The notes under the pieces are model-generated. The model did no database searches. It worked only from the letters and a program-made list of their open reading frames with translations, and was not told the DNA's origin. A stretch of DNA of 64,000 nt from assembly GCA_963693365.1 (NCBI GenBank), contig CAVNZM010000010.1, forward strand, positions 4,904,060-4,968,059, in the 5' to 3' direction. Every line of letters begins with the position of its first letter. The stretch's first letter is position 1. The stretch is from Amoebidium appalachense (lineage: Eukaryota > Protista > Ichthyosporea). Below, one piece after another: positions 1 through 42,467 of this stretch. The translations under genes were made by a program, and so were the position numbers.

Positions 1-189
1 CAAGTGAAACATTATCTGGGTTGGGTTTCGTTAACGAGGTGAATAGGTCGAAACTCAGGCAATTTGGATGACGTGGGCCCCCCTGAGGATGGGCTCTGCT
101 TATTATGCATACTCTTTATGTATAGCTTGCATTCTGCATCGTGTTATCCGTTTGTTCTTGTGTACTTCGTACTTTTCGCAGCATTCAAA
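1..189 (+). mobile_element. Dispersed repeat, subfamily A, 3' part (cut by window edge)
   Basis: Matches 63126-63316. Confidence 0.88.
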
Positions 190-325
190 TCCCCCTTCTC
201 CGAACACACACACACACACACCCCTACAAAAATCAAAACCTAACATCCCTTTCTTTTCCCATTTCCCCTTTCTTTAGCGTGTTATCCTCCTCAACAACCC
301 CCCCCCCCCCCCCCCAAAAAAAAAA

Positions 326-362
<37 letters not shown>

Positions 363-466
363 TAATAATATAACAATAACATAGCAAAGGGTAAAACAAT
401 TTATTAAAAAAACCCCGTACAGTATCAAAGCTAACATCCCTTTCCTTTCCCTTTCCCCCTTTTTAG

Positions 467-1150
467 CGTGTGATCATCCTCAACACGTCCAACAACCAAG
501 GCATGGTCAAATACCTTTATGATGGAGAGATCACCTGTGACAGCTTCAAGCAGTTTGCCGGCGACTACCTGGCCGGCAAGGCAAAGCCCTTCTATGCCTC
601 TGAGGACGTACCAGAGGACTGGGACGATAAGCCTAATAAGGTAAAGAATGACGTGATTTTATTAGCTTCCCCATGCCCCCTTTCGGATGTTTCCCGTCGT
701 GATGTGTACTTGGTACTTTGTAACACATCCCCCCCCCCCCCCCCCCCCTTCCTTAAAAAAAGTGCCTAGTGACAGTCCGTCAGATAATTGGGGTGGCACT
801 CTCGTTTGTTTTGGAGTGTTGGCTGACAAGCCACTTGCCCTTAGACTACTCTGTTCTTCTTGTCTCATGTGTTCTTGTAGATGTTGTTTCAATGCTAATC
901 CCGGGATTCCTGTTGCAGGTTCTTGTTGGCAAGAACTTCCACGATGTTGCCTTCGACAAGAACAAGCATGTGTTCGTCAAGTTCTGTACGTCGATTCTCC
1001 TCCCCCCCCCCCCCTCTTTCTGCCCATTAGTGTTTTCCTTGGCTTAGATATAACCTTCGCCTTTAGAGATTTCATGCACGGACTCTGTGCAAACACACAC
1101 GTGCATACACCCGCACGTGCACCAAACACACTCGCACACCACACACAAAA

Positions 1151-1184
<34 letters not shown>

Positions 1185-1916
1185 GGTGAATGCCAGGGAG
1201 GGAGAGAGAGTTGGGGGAGAGAGAGGATGTGGTGGGGAGTGAGAGGGAATTGAGAGGAAACACCGAAGAGAGGGAGACACACACACTGTACAAGCACTTA
1301 CAAGGAATCGAATGCTTTGACACATGCTTTTACGAGCACATCACACTGTTCTGGGCACCAGCACACTGCTGTTGCATTAGAGACTTAAGCCGTGAAGGAA
1401 TCATATGTTCGGCCACACATACCCGGCCTAAACACATTCGCGTATACACCGAGGAAGTGAGAGTAGAGACCAACACACACCAACGTAACAGAGTATTGAC
1501 ACAGTAGAATTTTGACACTCTTCCCTTCTTCCTCTCTTTAACTCTCCTCCCATATCGGCAGCTCTCGCACTGTTTTCTCCTTTGGCTTCTTCTTTTACCT
1601 AATGCTCATGTCTTGCACTGTTCTTCCTTCCCGATTTTCCTTTTCGTTTTTTTCTCTTCCATTTCTCCGTTTCAGATGCGCCGTGGTGTGGACACTGCAA
1701 GAGCATGGCCAAGGACTGGGAGAAGCTTACCCGAGTAGTTTGAGAAGGATGCCGATGTGGTGATTGCGGAGCTAGAGGCCACAAAGAACATAGTGCCTGA
1801 GGTACGTACGTGAGGAGATACTCCTTGCAATGTCTTTGCCACCCCCCCCCCCCCCCCCCCCCCATATATATATATATATGAAAATATATATATATATAAA
1901 AACCCCCCCCCTCAAA

Positions 1917-1994
<78 letters not shown>

Positions 1995-3080
1995 AGGAGA
2001 GAGAGAGAAAGACAGACAGACAGACAGACAGACAGACACCACCACCTCAGCCTCCTCCACCTCTTTTTTTGAGAGGGAGAAGGAGAAAAAACAGTACAAG
2101 AGCAAGAAGGGAAGGTTAAAATGAAGGAACAAGCGACCACGACATCTCCTATCTCTACTGCCTGCACATCCCCCCCCCCCCCCCCCCCCCTGCTTATTAT
2201 GCATACTCTTCATGTATGGTTGGCACTCTGAATCGTGTTATCCGTTGTTCACGTGTACTTCGTACTTTGTGACGCATTTAAACCCCCTCCCCTCCCCCCA
2301 TCCCCCCCCCCCCCCCCCCCCACCCCAAACACACACACGTACACGCACACGCACACACACACACACAAACGCGCACACACGCACACACACAGACCCACCG
2401 TTTATCCGATCACTTTCTCCACCTTTTCCTCCACTTCCTCACACACCATTATGGTTTTTTTGTTTGTTTTTTCAGGTGCCCATTGAGGGATTCCCGACGA
2501 TCAAGATGTTCCCCAAGGCCAAGGAGGGCGCTGACCAGGAGATCCTCGAATATGGTGGTGGCCGCACATACCAGAATATGAAGGTGTGTGCTCTCTCACC
2601 CCCCCCCCCCCCCCCCCTCCCCGTGTGATGAATGCGCTTTCTTACCTTCCCCCCTTTCCCCCTTCCCCCCCCCCCCCCTTTTCCACACACCATAAACAGA
2701 CCATGAAGAGATGGGGGGGGGGGGGGGGGGGGGGGGGAAAGAGGAGGGGGGAGGGGGGGGGGGGGGGAGAGAAGGATAGAGTGAGAAAAAGACAAAGAGA
2801 ACAATAAACACTGCACCTCTCTCATTCCGCTGCACCACAGTCTCACCTTCCCACACTTTCCTCATATAACCCTTTCCGGTGATCACAGCAATACGTCGAA
2901 GCCATTAAGCGTGGGGAGAGGCCAAACCCCACCCACGACGCAGACCACGCCGAGGAAGAATCGATGGAGGAGGAAGGAGGGGAAGAGGGAGCAGAGGAGG
3001 AGGAGGAGGAGGAGGAAAAGGAGAAGTTGTCGTTTGAAGGCGAAGAGAACGAGTGGGTGCATGAAAAGGATGAGTTGTGA
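467..3080 (+). CDS. PDI: Protein disulfide isomerase (PDIA1/P4HB-like), 3' portion; exons 467-640, 919-985, 1676-1801, 2476-2583, 2889-3080; 5' exons lie left of the window
   Basis: Spliced translation gives ...SEDVPEDWDDKPNK|VLVGKNFHDVAFDKNKHVFVKF|YAPWCGHCK...|VPIEGFPTIKMFPK...|acidic tail ending EKDEL* (ER retention). All introns GT-AG. One extra base at ~1729-1740 shifts the frame in exon 3. Confidence 0.93.
2191..2283 (+). mobile_element. Dispersed repeat, subfamily A, 5'-truncated 3' tip
   Basis: TGCTTATTATGCATACTC...GACGCATTTAAACCCC between C-rich tracts. Confidence 0.8.
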
Positions 3081-4788
3081 GCTCAGAATGTCTGTGTTTT
3101 GCCCTGGATGTAAGCCGCTGAGTTTGACATATGCTCCATATAGAGGTTTTACCCTAGTATGAAGTATATGGTAGTGTGGGGGATAATGTGCAAGTTGTGT
3201 GGTGTGTTCATAATCCTCAGTCCGGCATTACATACATATATCATGTTTGTTGCATGTTTAAGCTTCTCGCGGTATTTTTCGGCTCGCAACATAGAACCAG
3301 CAAATATTCCTTCTTTCCAGGATCCCCCTCTGCTTTTGCTTTTCGACTTGTGCACGTAACAACTGTGTACATAAAATCTAACGGCCTCTCGTACTGGGTT
3401 CGAGTGTGAAGGCTCTAATCGAAGTCGTAATATGCCGGTATACTGTAACGTGTGCATGGTATCGTATTTTTTTTCTGGAGAGATCATTACGGCTGTTGTA
3501 ATTCTACTCAGTGCGCGTAAAATAAAGATGAAGAAACGTTGAATCTCGGCAATAATTATTGCAAGAAGACAATTCGAATCCATTCACAAAAAATTTCGCT
3601 GTAACATTGTTGTACTGCAACACACGCCTGAAAATACGCTGCAGCCGCAGAACGTTATAAATACTCTCACGTGAAGCGTGTGCAAGTGCACATCCATAGA
3701 ACAGGTATATGCAAGTGGTGTACGAATAGTGTGCATATGAGATGCACATGCAGTCTGCATACACACATACGCCCACACACCCACCCACAGACACACACAC
3801 ACACATACACACACACGTGACACGCACTCCATAACACGCACCGACACACACGTACGCACTCCGATACACGAAGTGCTCTCACCCCGGTGGCGCACACGTG
3901 CACATAAAATAACTCAGATGTAACACAGTGTCCAAACCCGTCTAAAAGCTTTATCTAATCAGGGCCTTCCAGCAACAGTTGCTAGTAACGTGCATACTGT
4001 GTGTGAGGCAGATCGCAAATCCTTCGACTCTGTTGGCCGCCTTGAAACAGTCGTCGTGATGTTACATTACAGTGCAGTGACTGACAGTGTGCGCATGCAC
4101 GCGTCAACATCGGTCATCTCAGTGACGGCTCGAGCCTCAAGCACATGTCATTAATAACTCTGGATGTACACGTACAAGTTTAACATCCAAACGGCGTCGT
4201 CGGGTGACGGCGTCGCGTGATGAATGTTCAAATTTGCTCCATTGCAACTTCAGAAATACATATGTGTGTGTGTGGGGGGGGGGGGGAGGGGATTGCAACT
4301 GGCAGAATACACGTGTGTGTGCACATGTGTGTGTGTGGGGGGAGGGGGGGAGGGGTGAGGAGGGGGGGGGGGGGAGGCCGGCGATATACGGTTTCATGGA
4401 ACGTTTTTTTTTGTGTGTAAAAGACTCGAGATGTGGCTGTGATCAGGTGCCGAAGCACCAAACCAGGCCAACCATAATATTGATTACGTAAGTACTTCGG
4501 TGCCTGTATGTCACCTGCAGGCGAGCACGAGGCTCAAGTAGTCTATCTGATTCACCGAAATTCCATGCCGGAAAGTTCTGTGTGGAGACAACGGTGTCAA
4601 ACTTTGACAAGGTGTGTGTGTGTGTGTGCACGCTTGTTTACAATGTGCACTGTGTGTGTGTGTGTATTTGCATGTGTGTACATGTGTGCGTGTGTGCGCG
4701 CCCGCGTGTGTGTTTGTTGGTGTGTTTCATAAGCACGCGTGCGTGTGTGTTTTGTACACACAGTACACGTGTGCCTGCGACAACTTGA

Positions 4789-4820
<32 letters not shown>

Positions 4821-5608
4821 CCCCTTCCCCCTTTTCTTTTTTTTTCTTTTCTTTTTTTCTTTTTTTTTGCCTATGTGTGTAATTACACAGCGCCTCCTAG
4901 CCTAAATAGCAAACCTACAGCTAAAAATGTAGGCCCATACCGAATTAGCGTGTGTGTCTTCGGTGTGTGGGCGTATATAAATGCATGTGTGATCCTGCAA
5001 ATTTAAAATCCGAATATTGAGAGGTCGTCGGGAGAGTGCACTCGAAACATCACAAGCCATTCGAATTTTCCATATATTCGGCTCATTCATTATAGTGTTC
5101 ATGAATTACACCCATATTTGTTTGGTCACCTTCAAGGTGGGCTTACATTACTATGTGGTGACTTCAGAGGTTTCTGCACGTGCGATACACACATTCGGCT
5201 AAATCAAACTAGAAACTACATATGCTGGGTCCAGCTAGCCTACATACCTTTGCACGGGAGCACCAGCACTGATGACTATCAATTATTACTAGCCTACTGT
5301 TGTAGATAAATTACGTAAACAGCTTGTGATTTGACTACTTATATCAAAGTTATCTAGCTATAGCTGGGGGAGAGATTTTTGAACTGGTGAGCCAACACTG
5401 TGGGGTTAGTCCTAAGCTGGTGAAATAACATAAGCAAGGAACGACGTGTTGTCGAACGAATGTATGGTTTTTATTATAAGCCATCCAGCAAAAGGCAAAA
5501 CTATATAACCACCACCATTATATGCGGCTGCCCACGTTTATACTGAATTACTTATACAAGAACTGTACAAAAACATGGATGTCAAGACTGAGGTGACAAA
5601 AAGCAAAA

Positions 5609-5641
<33 letters not shown>

Positions 5642-5668
5642 AAACAAAACCCCCAGAAAAAAACCACC

Positions 5669-7427
5669 TCAATAGATGGCGGCAGCTGTGCTTGCCTGTG
5701 CCCCATGTGACTCGGACGCACACGACATCGACCTCCGTGTCTTTCTGCTCTGCTGCAGAATCCTAAGCTCCCCCTCTGTCGAAATGGGAGGCTGGATCGT
5801 ATCAAGCATGTTCTCGATCAAATCGATGGCGTCCTCTGGATATTCTGCCCGCACCAGGAACATGCCAATCCATTCTGGGATACCCGTGTCGTAGCCAAGC
5901 ACACCGGTCCCAGCACGCTTGTACGTTTTCGTGCAAATTACGTCCGGGTGCTGCTTCAAATGGTCAAGCCACCGTTCGTGCAGAACCACACCCGTTTTTG
6001 GCGCACAGATCTCGTAATCCGCCAGAGCACACACCGGCTCAGTTACATTCTGAAGTGACGGGAGGGGTACTCCACATGCAACAAGAAACTGGCACTGGAA
6101 CAAATCTACACCATATACCTCCTTGTGGAAGAGAGGTGTGCGACCACCACCAATACGGGGGTTGATCTCCACCAACACTGGTTCGCCCTGAGGCCGGAAC
6201 GGGGTGGGGGCCGAGTACCGAACCTCAACATGAAAACAACCCTGCTGGAAACCAAGTGCGGAGATGCACTCGGCAGTGTATGACTTCAGCTCTGACTGTT
6301 CGTTTAAAGGGAGAACACTCGGACAGTTGCTGCCCGTTTCCATAAAATGTCGGTTCCACTGCAGGAGGGACAACTGTGTGAGTAAGAGGAGATGCTTCCT
6401 GGCCTTAAACGAAGCCGGAGATCATATGACCATACCACTGATATCAAAGGAGCGTAACCAGTGTCATCTCAACCAACAACAAAAAAGGGGCAAGGAGCAT
6501 GGTACCAACTAAATACCAAAAAGCGGGCAACAAGCATGGCACACAAACTAAACACCAAAAAAGGGGCACAACTAGACGGGCTACAGAATCCGGCAAGCAG
6601 CTTCAACTGTAACAAAACAGGACCTGAAAAAAAAAAAAAAAGAAAACAAAAGAAAAAAAGGCGTCTTTACCTGTTGTCCAGTTGTCCACTATGTTACTAT
6701 ACACAACCTCCCCTTGGGACAGCACCATGTCGATGTCGTACTCGAACCCAGGCAGGTATTCTTCCAGCAAAACCCCTGAATCCACGCATCCAGGGTTGTA
6801 TGATAAAAGCGTTGTGCTGTTGAGCCTTTGCTGCACGGCATCAAAACGAGCGTAAACTTCCGGGAGGGAATCACAACGATAAACTCCGTCTGAAGCCATA
6901 CCGCATGAAGGTTTTAGCACAAGCGGGAAACCAACCTTTTCTGCGGCGGATGCTATATCCTCACGTGAATTGACTTTCGAAAAACGTGGGGTTCTAAGAC
7001 CTCTGTTGGAGCAAAGGGCACGTGTGGTGCATTTGTTACGCGCAGCACAGTAAGATGCCTTGCTGTTCCCTGGGAGGCCTAAGAGTTCGCTCACTTCGCC
7101 CACTAGCGGCATGGCATGCTCCCACACAGAAAAAACACCGTCTACAGAAACTTGTGCAATGTTCACCGCATCAACAATGCGTTGGCCTGCAGAGGTAGGG
7201 TTTGAGATGTCTACAGATATGAAATTGAACTCTGTGCAGAGTTTTGCTTTCAAGAAAGCCTCGCGTATGATTGCGCCGTCTTTGTCTGTTGGTACAACAA
7301 CGAACAACGTAGCATCGGCATGCACTGCTGATTTAAAGCAGTTTATACTCGAGTCAAAAAGATGGGGTGTCAGAAAACACGTTATAACAAGCACGCGCTT
7401 TCCGCGTACACTATTCCACTCTGCCAT
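5669..7427 (-). CDS. ATP-grasp ligase (carnosine synthase / L-amino-acid ligase-like); exons 7427-6671 and 6358-5669
   Basis: Motifs ARNKxxTR, GFPLVLKPSCGMASDGV, LLEEYLPGFEYDID, GCFHVE, LVEINPRIGGG. Single GT-AG intron 6670-6359. The junction reads DNWTTVEPTF-METG only if one extra base at ~6344-6350 is removed. Confidence 0.85.
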
Positions 7428-7749
7428 TTTGCTTTATGCTTTTCCTACGAAAAGGATTCTAGTTTAGAGTTCTAGTAGAAAGATTTTGTGAGGGTGGAGC
7501 AAAAAAAGAGACGCACGCATCATCGACACAACAGCACAGAAATAACTGAGACATTACGTTCCTGGGTCCCTGCTTTTCTAATGCCTATCACAAATGCTTC
7601 GAAGAAAATAATGTGTGACTCTGATTCTTAAAGTTCAAATAAAAAGGTTTAAAATAATATTAAATGCACATAGAGTAGGGTTTTGAGACTTCAGAAGCTT
7701 TATAATACCCTAGTTGTTTTTACTGAATAAGCGAAATTGAATGGCCTGA

Positions 7750-7945
7750 GTATGCAATCTTATTGGCTCAAGTGCTTAGACAGTTCTTATTGGCTCGTAG
7801 CCGGCAAAAAGGTCTTTGAAGACTCACGAATCAATGGCAGAAAGTGACGTCATTAGAACGATTTTCACGGAATATGATTGGATAAGCAGTTAGGATATTC
7901 ACGACAACCTTAACCTTGTTGAAAAGCTAAAAGCTTACCAATCTA
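7750..7945. promoter_or_regulatory. Putative promoter region upstream of the ATP-grasp gene
   Basis: Several CCAAT/ATTGG motifs and a TGACGTCA palindrome (7845-7852), 0.3-0.5 kb upstream of the ATG at 7427. Motif presence only. Confidence 0.3.
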
Positions 7946-8422
7946 TACAGGTAGAACAAAAAAAGCCCCAAAAAAACATTTTGATTTTCGTATCAACTGT
8001 AGAATACCTACAAATACTCTTCTGTTTCCTTTTCATATTTACACGGGAATTTCATTTTAGCCACCACGATAGGTCATGCACCTAGATTGCCGGCTGAAGG
8101 GACACATGTACATCAACCAATTAGCGCGCAATAGCCAACCCACGCACAAGATGAAAAGTGCTTTGCAATTGACTGACTCAGGCAGTCAGGCTCATGAGGT
8201 CTCCGAGTCTGCAGGCTCGGTGTGTGTGTTGTGACAGTTGTGTGTGAAGTATTATGTATGTTCTTACCCAGTATGTGCTGGGATGCGTGGAAAATACAGC
8301 GGTCTTGCTATGTTTTACAGCACAGTGGGTTCACATGCTGAATCGTACTGATGCAGTCCATCAGGATGGCAATTTTTCCGTACCCATGGCGACAGTGTTC
8401 AGCAATTCTAGCGATCTCTTGC

Positions 8423-8590
8423 CGCCGAAATATTGACTTGCTGCCCAATTTTGACCGAAATGCACCACAACCCATATTTACGAACATAGATGTATAGAAG
8501 CACATGGTGTCACACCGGCTTGTCTCGAGGTTCAAGACATTCTCTCATATTCATTCGGTCAAAATTGGGCAGCAAGTCAATATTTCGGCG
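8423..8590. mobile_element. 168-bp element with perfect 37-bp terminal inverted repeats (MITE-like)
   Basis: CGCCGAAATATTGACTTGCTGCCCAATTTTGACCGAA at 8423-8459 and its exact reverse complement at 8554-8590. No clear TSD. Confidence 0.7.
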
Positions 8591-8652
8591 TTATATACCC
8601 CCCATGGCACTGCCAGGAGCAGACAACAGCCTGGTGCTAGAAAAGAGACAAT

Positions 8653-8699
<47 letters not shown>

Positions 8700-9196
8700 A
8701 GCAAACTACACACACAAAAAACCCCTCCGATAATTGAACAGGAAACGAATTATAGGAGGGAGGAAAGAAAGGGGAAACAAAGTGTTGGACAGCTCCAAAA
8801 CACAGAGGAGACTGTTAGTCATTGTATGACAAAACGGCCCTACATTCTGCTCCGAGGCACACACCCCCACGGTCCGAACCAACCTGCCTAGCTGAGCAAT
8901 TTAAATAAAACCGAGCAGTTGGTGCCAAAACCACTGCATGTAAAAGACACACTTAAAAATAGGCCTGCGTGAATAAGAATAAAAACACCTATAAAAAAAC
9001 AATCAAAACGGTTACTCAAACTACGTCAAAGAGAATTAAGGCTGGTGTGGGCCGTGCTTATGTACATGAACGTGGTGCTTAAATCCCGCATTGCATGTGC
9101 ATGACGTGCTGCACTGCAATCGAAGTAAATAATTTGGGCAGGGGGAAAAAAACCACACTATCAAGGAGGCGAGACATTTTGCAACTAACTGTTGGG

Positions 9197-9247
<51 letters not shown>

Positions 9248-9426
9248 CCCCCAGCGGGGAAATGAAAGAAAAACGAAAAAAAAGAAAAAAGAAAAAAAAA
9301 GAAAAAAAGAAAAAAGAAAGAACCAGGTGTGTGTGCTCACATATACATATCCCACCACACCACTCTCTCTCTCCGATATCCGAAAGGAAGAAAGTTGTGT
9401 AGATACTGACGCATGCACAGCCACGC

Positions 9427-38277
<28,851 letters not shown>

Positions 38278-38938
38278 CTGCAAACACATGCCCGTGAGTT
38301 TGACATGATACATGGCCACAAGCAACTACACACTCTAAATGGGGTACCCCCCCCACCCGACCATCTCTACTCTCTCCACTCTCCACCCCCACCTTCCCTC
38401 CTTACATTCCCAAAGCACCAACCCCTTACGCCAATTATCCTCTTCTCATTCACCACCACTACGCACACACACACCCACGCAAGCGCCTGTACAAACACAG
38501 TACAAAACTGAAAACCCCTGCTTCCAGCCTCCCAACCCCCCTCCCCCTCCCTCAAAAAAAATACAAAAAAAAAAAAAAAAAAACTTAACCACTCCTCCCT
38601 GTCACGGTTACCCCTTCACCACCTGCCCTGACACCCACACAACGACAACCCCCCCCCCCCCCCCCCTCCGCTCGGGGGCATCTGCAAAGTTAATAGACAA
38701 TTCTCTTTCATTCGAACCCCAACATCTCTTCCATCTTCTACCTGCCAACCCACAGCCCATTCGTTCCATCCAACTTCATCAGAGAATGCTGCCCCCCTCC
38801 CCCCAAAATCCCTCCCTATCAAACCACACACACACACACACCCCCAACATGCAGTTTGGCGCCTGGAAACCGTGGGATCAGGCCCTTTTTGACCGCGCAG
38901 GCGGGGGGAGGGGGTGGGGGGGGAAAGCGGATATTTAC

Positions 38939-39087
38939 CATTCGCCCTTCTCTGAATCCTCCTCATCCAAATAAGAAAACTCCCTCCAGGACTTGAAGTT
39001 ATACCTGATAAAAGGTCACTGTTAGTGTGTGTCTCTGACTGAAAAAAAAAGCCTTCACATGCGTCCAAACCACACTAACTTGCAAGG

Positions 39088-39120
<33 letters not shown>

Positions 39121-40200
39121 CAAAAAAGAGACATGCAAGCGCTGTTGCATATTTTCACCGATATCAGGGTGCATGTTTGTACACACACGACGTCGTTGAT
39201 GGGCAAAGTAAACATGGAAAAATTGAGAGAGGTACGAGGAACAATTGCTGAAAAGTAGGGGAGGGGGTAGGGAGGGGGAGGGGGGATGCATGGACTGGAC
39301 GAAATTGAAAGTGTGCATGCACGAGTGTTTCCGTATGTGTGTCTGTGTGTGTGTGTGTGTGTGCGCGCGCGCGCGTGTGTGTGCATACGTGTGGGGGGGT
39401 GGGGGGGGGGGGGGGATTTAGCTACTAACCAGAAATCATAGAAGTCCTCTACCTCCTCCTGTGTTGACTCAGCCGTACCGAGAGAAGGAACGGGTGTAGT
39501 TTCTGACCACCTTGCGTTCCTTTCAAACACGGGCCCATACTCTGACAAAAACTCTTCGACGGCCATCGGCTTCTTAGGGTTGGGAGGGTCGGGGATGTCG
39601 TCATCAAAAGTGGGGTCGACACTGTCGAACGAGCGGCGCTTGGTTTGGTCCGAGAGAATATCGTATGCTGTTTTTTGATTGTTGTGTACGTGTGTACGTG
39701 TGCGTGTGTGGGGGGGGGGGGGGGGGGGGAGGGGGGAGGGGGGGAAGGGGAAGAGGGAAGTGGATAGGGGTGTATAGAAGGGGATGGGAGGGGGGAGGGG
39801 GGGAACAGAGAGAATGTGGTGTGCGTGTGCATGAGCGGGTGTGGAGTGGGGAGGCATGGAGAGGGGAGATGGGGGGTAGATGGGGGGAGGGGGGGGAAGA
39901 GAGAGAAGTTCCTTGTGTGTATGCGTGTGTGATTGGTGCACACGAGTGTTTGTGTGTGTGTGTGTGTGTGTGTAAGTGTGTGTGTGCATTGGTGTATGTT
40001 AGTGCCCAAAAGAACACGGTAGGTGGATGGAAAAGTTGAATACTGTTTGCCCATGCTGCAGCATCGGTATGCCCAACCCAGACCAGCTCACTCATTAAAC
40101 ACAGAGAACATAACTAGGAGGGGTAGAAGGCGGGGGGTGTCCCGGCCCGAGTGCTTATGCAAAAGAAAGAAAGGGGAAAGTGCGGGGCGGGGCCGCGCGG

Positions 40201-40233
<33 letters not shown>

Positions 40234-42467
40234 GCATGCCCCTGCCCTGTGCCACCAAGTCCCATTCAGCCATCGCTATTCAAGTTATGCAACAGACCAG
40301 GCTCCAAGCTCGTGACCCATCTCAAAGCACCCCTTATCCTCCTGTTCCGTTCCCCCCCCCCCCCCCCCCCCCCCCCGGGGGCAGGGGGCAGCCTCACAGA
40401 TAAAAATGGACACTTCCAGCCCCCACCTTCCCCCATCCCCAAAAACCACCACTTATACCTTCCTCCTTTCAACCACACAAACCCATCCCCTGTACTTCCT
40501 CTCATCGCCCCATCCACTTCCCCCCTTCTTCCCCCCCCCCCCTCCCCGTAAACCCACAGAAACCACCATTCTCGAATATGAACCCTGACACAACCACCAC
40601 GTACATATTTTGACGCATTTGAAGAAGTTGTCGTCGTCCTCCCCATTTTCCAGTTTGTCCTTCTTGTCGGGGTGGTGCTGCAGTACGCGCTTGCGGACTA
40701 CCCCACACATGCAAGCGGTCAGAAAGTATCATCTATGGATCCCGAAACTAAGATACATATTATCACCACATCTCCCCTCCCCCCCGAAATTTGTCCTCCA
40801 TCCGGCCTTCCATCACCCAAAGACCAGTCCCCACCCTCCGCCCCCTTTTTCATATAATTCCCAATATGCAAGCAGTAGGGTTACCATACAATCTCGACCA
40901 CTCCCCCCTCTCCCCCCCCCCCCAACACACACACACACACACCACCACCACCCTACCCCCAAAAGGCGAGCACACAAAACCCACCTATGTGAATGTCCCA
41001 GTTCTTACAACATGTGAACAGCCACCAGACAGGCCGCGATATTACATCCTCCCCCCCCCCCCCCCCCCAAAAGTCACATACCAACCACCTCTATTCTTGC
41101 ATGCAAGGTATCAGTTTAAGCAATCTCTGCATGTAACTCTCCCCCCCCCCCTCCCTTCCCCCTGTTAACCCCGTTCTCCACCCTCCCCCCCCCCCACAGA
41201 CAGACACCCTATATGCTCCCCCCTCCCCCCCTACAGCTCATTCCCTTCAAAACCCCCCCCCCCCCCCGCCCCGTGGCAGACACGCCGCCGGGGGACGGGG
41301 GGTGGGGGGGAACTGTTCTCTAAGGCACAGCCCGAGCCTCTCCAGCTCCCAACTCCCCTCATTTAGGAGAATGGTTGCTATAGCCTTTAGGGTGAGTGTG
41401 CTATTGTGGGTAATGTTGCTTACATGATAACCATATAGGGATTACATACAAGCTTTCTTAATCTGCTCATCAGTGGCCTTCATGCGCAGATGCCCAAGAC
41501 CGAGAATGCGGTAGTGGTCCAGTTCCTGTAACGAATGAATGTTAACGTATTAAAAGGATGTAGTGTTGTGATACAGACAACCACGGATCATCACTAATGT
41601 TTGTGTTGTTCACACAGACTCCCCCGACTATTAGGCCTCACCCTCGACATCAACAAGCCTGAGGCCTTATACAGGAGCACAAAAAACCCTTATTGTTCAC
41701 AACCTTCCTTAAGCATCACAAACCCTCCAACAGCCTTACATATAACTGAGCCCAGGTGTACCTCATGTTTGCACTTGAGCACCTTTTACTCACCTTCCAC
41801 TTTCCAGGATCCAGCTGCTCCTTGGTGATGTCGTCATCCTCATCATCACTCTGGCTGCTGACCCCAGAGTCCACCTCCTCGGGCTGCAGGGCGGAATCTT
41901 CCTGCTCCTCCTGTGAGAGGGTACGTTGTCTCCTCCTGCGTGCAGCATAGGCCTCATACCAGCGACCGACAGGCTCGAGATGGATCTTGGCTGGAACTGT
42001 GTTGAGGAAAAGAAAAAAAAGAAGAGGGAAAGGATGTTAGAGATGAAGGAACATGTGGGTGGGGACTGTCCGAAGAGTAATTTGGTGCATGCTTTCTCTT
42101 TTAATGTGGAGAGTTGAGGTGTGGATGTGGATGGATTGAACACGGAAAGCGGGCAGGCTGGTAAGGCCTAGAATGCCTTGCATGGAGTGGATTGCATTGA
42201 CAGAGATTAGTGACTATCAAGCTTTCACGTAAAAATGGAGTCATGAATCACGACTTATGTGTTACAATATGCAGCTTGTTCAAGCGCTTCGCACGGCTTG
42301 GTTTCACACACAGCACAAACATGGTCCAGTTGCATTCATCATCTGATGTTCAGGTGCATCTATTCATCTGATGGCAAACACTCACCAGTCAGGGGATTCT
42401 GCACACGGCAGGGGACACCGGCGGGCCAATCCTCCGGGAGGGAGGGAAGTGTCAATGCGTCCATCAT
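38939..42467 (-). CDS. DNAJC2: DNAJC2/zuotin (MPP11/ZRF1) N-terminal half: J domain plus zuotin homology domain; exons 42467-42386, 41996-41794, 41525-41450, 40697-40605, 39667-39430, 39004-38939; C-terminal exons not found
   Basis: Spliced translation: LEPVGRWYEAY...LDPGKWK|ELDHYRILGLGHLRMKATDEQIKKA|FRKRVLQHHPDK...|YDILSDQTKRRSFDSVDPTFDDDIP...VFERNARWS...VEDFYDFW|YNFKSWREFSYLDEED. GT-AG phases are consistent. Confidence 0.9.

Noticed and set aside
1729-1743. Stop-codon reassignment or programmed frameshift in PDI
   Set aside because: One indel explains it, and no in-frame stops were seen in the other conserved exons I translated.
4444-4612. 12-bp G-U-containing hairpin and exon-like segments (gtaagt, ctgcag)
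   Set aside because: No recognisable protein or RNA family, and the implied intron is only ~33 nt.
6436-6437. 2-nt micro-exon (cag|TG|gtatgg) that would restore the ATP-grasp frame
   Set aside because: Formally possible, but a single-base consensus error giving DNWTTVEPTFMETG is simpler. RNA-seq would be needed.
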